A DNA stretch of 63,394 nucleotides, the filler included, from Globobulimina sp. (Eukaryota), in NCBI GenBank assembly GCA_003354225.1. It is 43 parts of 43 records of this genome, joined end to end, with 100 filler letters (N's around TTAATTAATTAA, not from the genome) between each part and the next. Parts side by side here need not be neighbours in the genome. Positions count along the whole stretch, not along the records: positions 60,545 to 61,919 come from PIVH01017696.1; positions 62,020 to 63,394 come from PIVH01017697.1; 41 more parts are not named here. One strand, 5' to 3'. Shown here piece by piece: positions 60,545 through 63,394 of the stretch; the stretch's first letter is position 1, and every line of letters starts with the position of its first letter. A program made the translations under genes and the position numbers. Below the pieces are notes generated by a model, which worked only from the letters and a program-made list of their open reading frames with translations, did no database searches and was not told the origin of the DNA.

Positions 60545-61448
60545 ATCGTTGAAAGAGTTTCTAATTTTACCACTTAAATTCCCGCAACTATTTAGAAACA
60601 AAACACCACAAAATGTACTTTTATATGGAGCACCTGGTTGTGGCAAAACATTGTTATCAAAAGCTGTTGCAAATGAAGCTGAGAATGCGACATGTTTCAG
60701 GGTATCAGGTTGTGATTTGGTTTCTAAATATTTGAGCCAATCGGAAAAGTTAATTGCAAATCTTTTTAGCATGGCAAGAGACAAAAACCCATCGTTAATT
60801 GTTTTTGACGAAATTGACTCATTTTGTGGCAGTCGAAGCAGCTACGAATATGATTATCCGCGGAGAAATCGCACTGAATTTTTGGATCAAATGCAAGGAG
60901 TTGGTCGTAAATGTAATAAACAGTTATTTGTGATTGGTATTACAAACTGTCCATGGGATTTGGACCCGGTCATTCGGAGGAGATTCCAGAAACGAATATA
61001 TGTTGAATTGCCTGATAAAGAGGCGAGGCGGTATATATTTGAAATGAATGTTGGTGATACACCAAATAAGTTATGCGATTCAGATTATGTGAGGTTGGCA
61101 GAGCTGAGTGAAGGTTTTAGCGGAAGTGATATCAGTTCGCTTGTGAGAGATGCAATGATGACACCTGTACGGAATATACAGAATGCTACACATTTTAAAC
61201 GAGTTATGAAGTGTGACAGTGATATTGAAAATGATTATAAATTGGTTCCATGTAATGCTATGGATGATGGTGCAATGGAAATGAGTCTGATGGATATTTC
61301 TGTTGATGAACAAAACAAAATAGATGTGCTACAGTTGGAAATTGAGCATTTTTTAGCAATCTTGGAAACGTTTCGTGCAACAGTTGGTGCTGAAGATATT
61401 CAAAGGTATATTGATTGGGGACGAGAGTTTGGCGATGAAATGGAATAA
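60545..61448 (+). CDS. VPS4: VPS4-family AAA ATPase (5' partial, divergent)
   Basis: LLYGAPGCGKT, FDEIDS, TEFLDQMQGVG, RRRFQKRIY, SGSDI..VRDAMMTPVR.IQNATHFK, EFG at the C-terminus. Confidence 0.88.
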
Positions 61449-61520
61449 TTGTCAATTAAATTAATGAACCAAATAACACTTGTGTCAAAGGCAAGTGCAA
61501 GGATAAATGTTAAAAGTCAA

Positions 61521-61919
61521 CTACGTGGGTTGCCACTTGGCATTCTTGAATTGAAGTTTAACCAAATCGTGAATCTGTCTTGGTTGTGAATAACTGCTAA
61601 GATCGTTTAATTGAATGGGATCAAATATTCTCCGTTCATGCTTTGGTTTATTCGATTGCTTGTTGAGAATTTCAGCAATTTTAAGTAACTTTTCATCTCC
61701 TTTTAATCCAAATAAGGTTCCGGCGGTACCGATTGATTTTGATAGCATTGGTTGCAATTTAGATAGTAATTGGTCATATTTTATATTGTTAGCCCATTTT
61801 TGTCGAATAAAATCAACGCCATAATCATTATCAACAAATGGTACATTATTGCTTTTTTTTGATGCATCTAAATGAAAATAGGAAAAACATATTAAAAATA
61901 TTAAAATCCAAATTGTCAA
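61521..61919 (-). CDS. Putative secreted hypothetical protein
   Basis: TIWILIFLICFSYFHLDA signal-like segment at the contig edge. Confidence 0.45.
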   Translation of the reverse strand: MTIWILIFLICFSYFHLDASKKSNNVPFVDNDYGVDFIRQKWANNIKYDQLLSKLQPMLSKSIGTAGTLFGLKGDEKLLKIAEILNKQSNKPKHERRIFDPIQLNDLSSYSQPRQIHDLVKLQFKNAKWQPT

Positions 61920-62019
61920 NNNNNNNNNNNNNNNNNNNNNNNNNNNNNNNNNNNNNNNNNNNNTTAATTAATTAANNNNNNNNNNNNNNNNNNNNNNNNN
62001 NNNNNNNNNNNNNNNNNNN

Positions 62020-63394
62020 ACTTCAAAATGTGAGTTATACTCAACAAATGGATAATACCACATATACACAGCGAATAGAAGCTGAATTAAAACAATTTAA
62101 AATAGAAAATGAGGCACTGAATCAACAATTAATTGATTTAAAAACAGGCGATAAAGCAAAAGATAAATTATTACGACACAAATCAGACGAAAATATAACA
62201 TTAAAACGAGAAATTGAGCAATTAAAACAAAAGTTATTATTACTATCTAGCAACAATAATAAAAAGAGTAAACCGCATAAAAAATTTGGAAAACGCAGGA
62301 AAAAAAATGTAAATGAAAACAACATTAAAAACAACAATCTTCTCATGATTACTGAAGAAGGAAAAGAAAAAAAGATATTTGAAGGATATATGCTTAAAAA
62401 AGGCAAATTTAGCACAGAATTTCAAAATCGATACTTCATATTATATGCAAATAACATATTATCATATTATCAAAATAATGCTGACTGCTCTACTCATTCT
62501 AGCATTGGTGACATAAATTTATACACAATCATAAATATCAAACAACAAATACACGAAAATGGCAATATATTTAGCTTAATTACACCAAAACGAACATTCA
62601 CATTAAAAAGTCACACAAACGAAGCACATAATCGATGGATACAAATAATAAAATTAAGAGTTTCACCGAAGACTATTTGTAAAGGTTGGTTGCATAAAAA
62701 AGGAGAAAAAAACAAGTCGTGGAAATTGAGGTATACTCCAACATAATTTGTACTGTATACGCATACAAAACGCGTTGCCGTTTCTACATTTTGTTATATA
62801 CAAACACAAATTCGTTGTTTTTAAGATATTGCATATTATGTGAATTGGTAGAAATTGGTAAACCATATTACGAAATGCGATATTATGAAGACGAAGAATG
62901 TAAGAAATATAAAGGAAATATAAATTGTAATTACATTCACGAAATAAAGATTTTGCCAAATACATCTGTACAGAAATACGGTAAGGATAAAATAATGGAA
63001 TTAATCACAACCAAAAGAACTTATGTGTTGGCTGCGGAGGATGCTAAATCTAGAAACATATGGTATAAATCATTAAAAAAAGCACTATTCGACCACGATG
63101 TTCCTTTATTAAATCCACAAATACAAAGACCTCATTTCACAACATCCACATCGCTGCAATCCATATCATTGCCTTCGTTTCCATCGAATGACGAGTCTGA
63201 CGAAGAAACAGTAAAATGTAATAAGGACCTTTTAATACGTGTTTTAGAGCCAATATCGGAGAAACACAGCAGTTTCAATGCGAATGCAACCACACCAGTT
63301 TTAATGACCAGTGATAATAACAATGACATCGATAAAAATGAATGGAATGAATACTTTGCGTCGATATCAGCGTCGCCGCCAATGAATACACTTC
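62020..63394 (+). CDS. Coiled-coil + tandem PH domain protein (spliced, partial)
   Basis: FEGYMLKKG..FQNRYFIL...RWIQII; second PH CKGWLHKKGEKNKSWKLR...RTYVLAAEDAKSRNIWYKSL across introns. Confidence 0.85.

Noticed and set aside
1379-62019. Regularly spaced TTAATTAATTAA repeat, and ORFs ending in X...N or X...LIN
   Set aside because: Artificial concatenation linker, not a CRISPR array or biological repeat. ORF coordinates that run into the Ns are artefacts.
1-63394. Operon- or island-like interpretation of neighbouring genes
   Set aside because: Contigs are length-sorted and unrelated, and probably come from several organisms.

Overview
This window is not one locus. It is 43 short contigs (1,375-1,378 bp each, sorted by decreasing length) joined by a synthetic 100-bp linker (44 N + TTAATTAATTAA + 44 N), so adjacency between contigs has no biological meaning. 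Most contigs are AT-rich eukaryotic nuclear DNA with short (about 55-70 nt) GT-AG introns. Their genes include formin, methylmalonyl-CoA mutase, CIR1, DCN1, VPS4, SWEET, a CAMK kinase, a dual-specificity phosphatase, and RGS, PH, SPRY and PT-repeat proteins. That content suggests a protist, possibly a foraminiferan/rhizarian (inference only). A minority of contigs look metazoan or mobile (BEL/Pao gag, retropepsin, Helitron, Polinton-type polymerase), and one carries a bacterial fragment. Most notable: (1) a Polinton/Maverick-type protein-primed DNA polymerase B split by four 47-53-nt spliceosomal introns that land in conserved motifs; (2) two members of a Zn-finger/HNH-like family sharing a mitochondrial-presequence-like N-terminus (LFYVSR), one nested antisense in a formin intron; (3) four paralogous ~80-nt hairpins whose non-Watson-Crick pairs are largely G.U, resembling a miRNA cluster; (4) a PPAT-HD phosphohydrolase fusion; (5) a recurrent tRNA-like element with a broken anticodon loop; (6) a Ras switch-I peptide embedded in a non-GTPase protein. 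All calls come from reading motifs by eye; no database search was run.
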